From the NCBI RefSeq assembly GCF_009914755.1, contig NC_060944.1: a stretch of 64,000 nucleotides of DNA. One strand, written 5' to 3'. The translations under genes were made by a program, and so were the position numbers. Positions 63,499 through 64,000 of this stretch are shown here, piece after piece. The first letter of the stretch is position 1. Each line of letters starts with the position of its first letter. This DNA comes from the human T2T-CHM13v2.0 reference genome, Homo sapiens. The notes under the pieces are model-generated. The model searched no databases, was not told the origin of the DNA, and saw only the letters and a program-made list of their open reading frames with translations.

Positions 63499-64000
63499 TA
63501 GGCTTTCTCATTTGTAAAATGAGGGGCTTAGGTTCAGAAGTTGGGTTTTTCTTCTGTTTTTAACCTAACATTTTGTTTCATTGATTAAATACATTTTAAT
63601 AACTCACTCCCTTTAATGTCTCTGCCTCACCCCCTTCTCCCCACCACGGCACCCTTTCTGTTGAGTGTGTATCTTTTGTGTAGATGTCTTCTTGCAGAAT
63701 ATGTATTGCCGTGTTCTGGCCACCATAGTTCAGGTAAAGAAGATAGTAATCTTCTATTACCTCAGTCTGTCTTATTTCGTTTGGTACTATGTTTTTGAGA
63801 TCCATGCTGGTTGCTATAGGTACATCTAGCCTGATGAGGCTGGCTCCAATCAGTTGTTCACAAACTGTGCCTTGTGAAACCTTAGTGGTTCCCCTTGTCA
63901 CCTTGAAGAGCACTGGAGGGAAGAGGAGGAGAAGTAGATTTCAGAGTTGCCCACCACCCCTGGTTTAATTCTCCCACCTCCACTTTTATCTGTTTTATGC

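Overview
Primate (human or great-ape-like) non-coding genomic DNA, intronic or intergenic. It is CpG-depleted and dominated by transposon relics: about 19 Alus, L1s from L1ME to L1PA2, L2/MIR/CR1 fragments, ERV solo LTRs (LTR13, MER39/34-like, MER4-group, LTR16, MLT1) and DNA transposons (MER5, MER20, MER47, MER91). I find no supportable protein-coding exon, RNA gene, CpG island or CRISPR array. All recognisable long ORFs are L1 ORF1/ORF2 remnants or Alu read-throughs, and I cannot support a new biological system here. The interesting content is fossil mechanism. (1) A 138-bp inverted copy of local sequence (3664-3801) is inserted about 1.8 kb away inside an L1MA (5621-5758). (2) A twin-primed 5'-inverted L1PA2 has its internal priming point next to the homologous segment of the older L1 it landed in. 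(3) There is a second, much older 5'-inverted L1MA. (4) There is a 34-bp TSD-flanked mini-insertion. (5) Several template-switch scars are present. Candidate RFX X-box and CTCF motifs lie in unique DNA near 60.5 and 63.1 kb. Subfamily names come from recalled consensus sequences and need RepeatMasker/Dfam confirmation; boundaries of old repeats are approximate.
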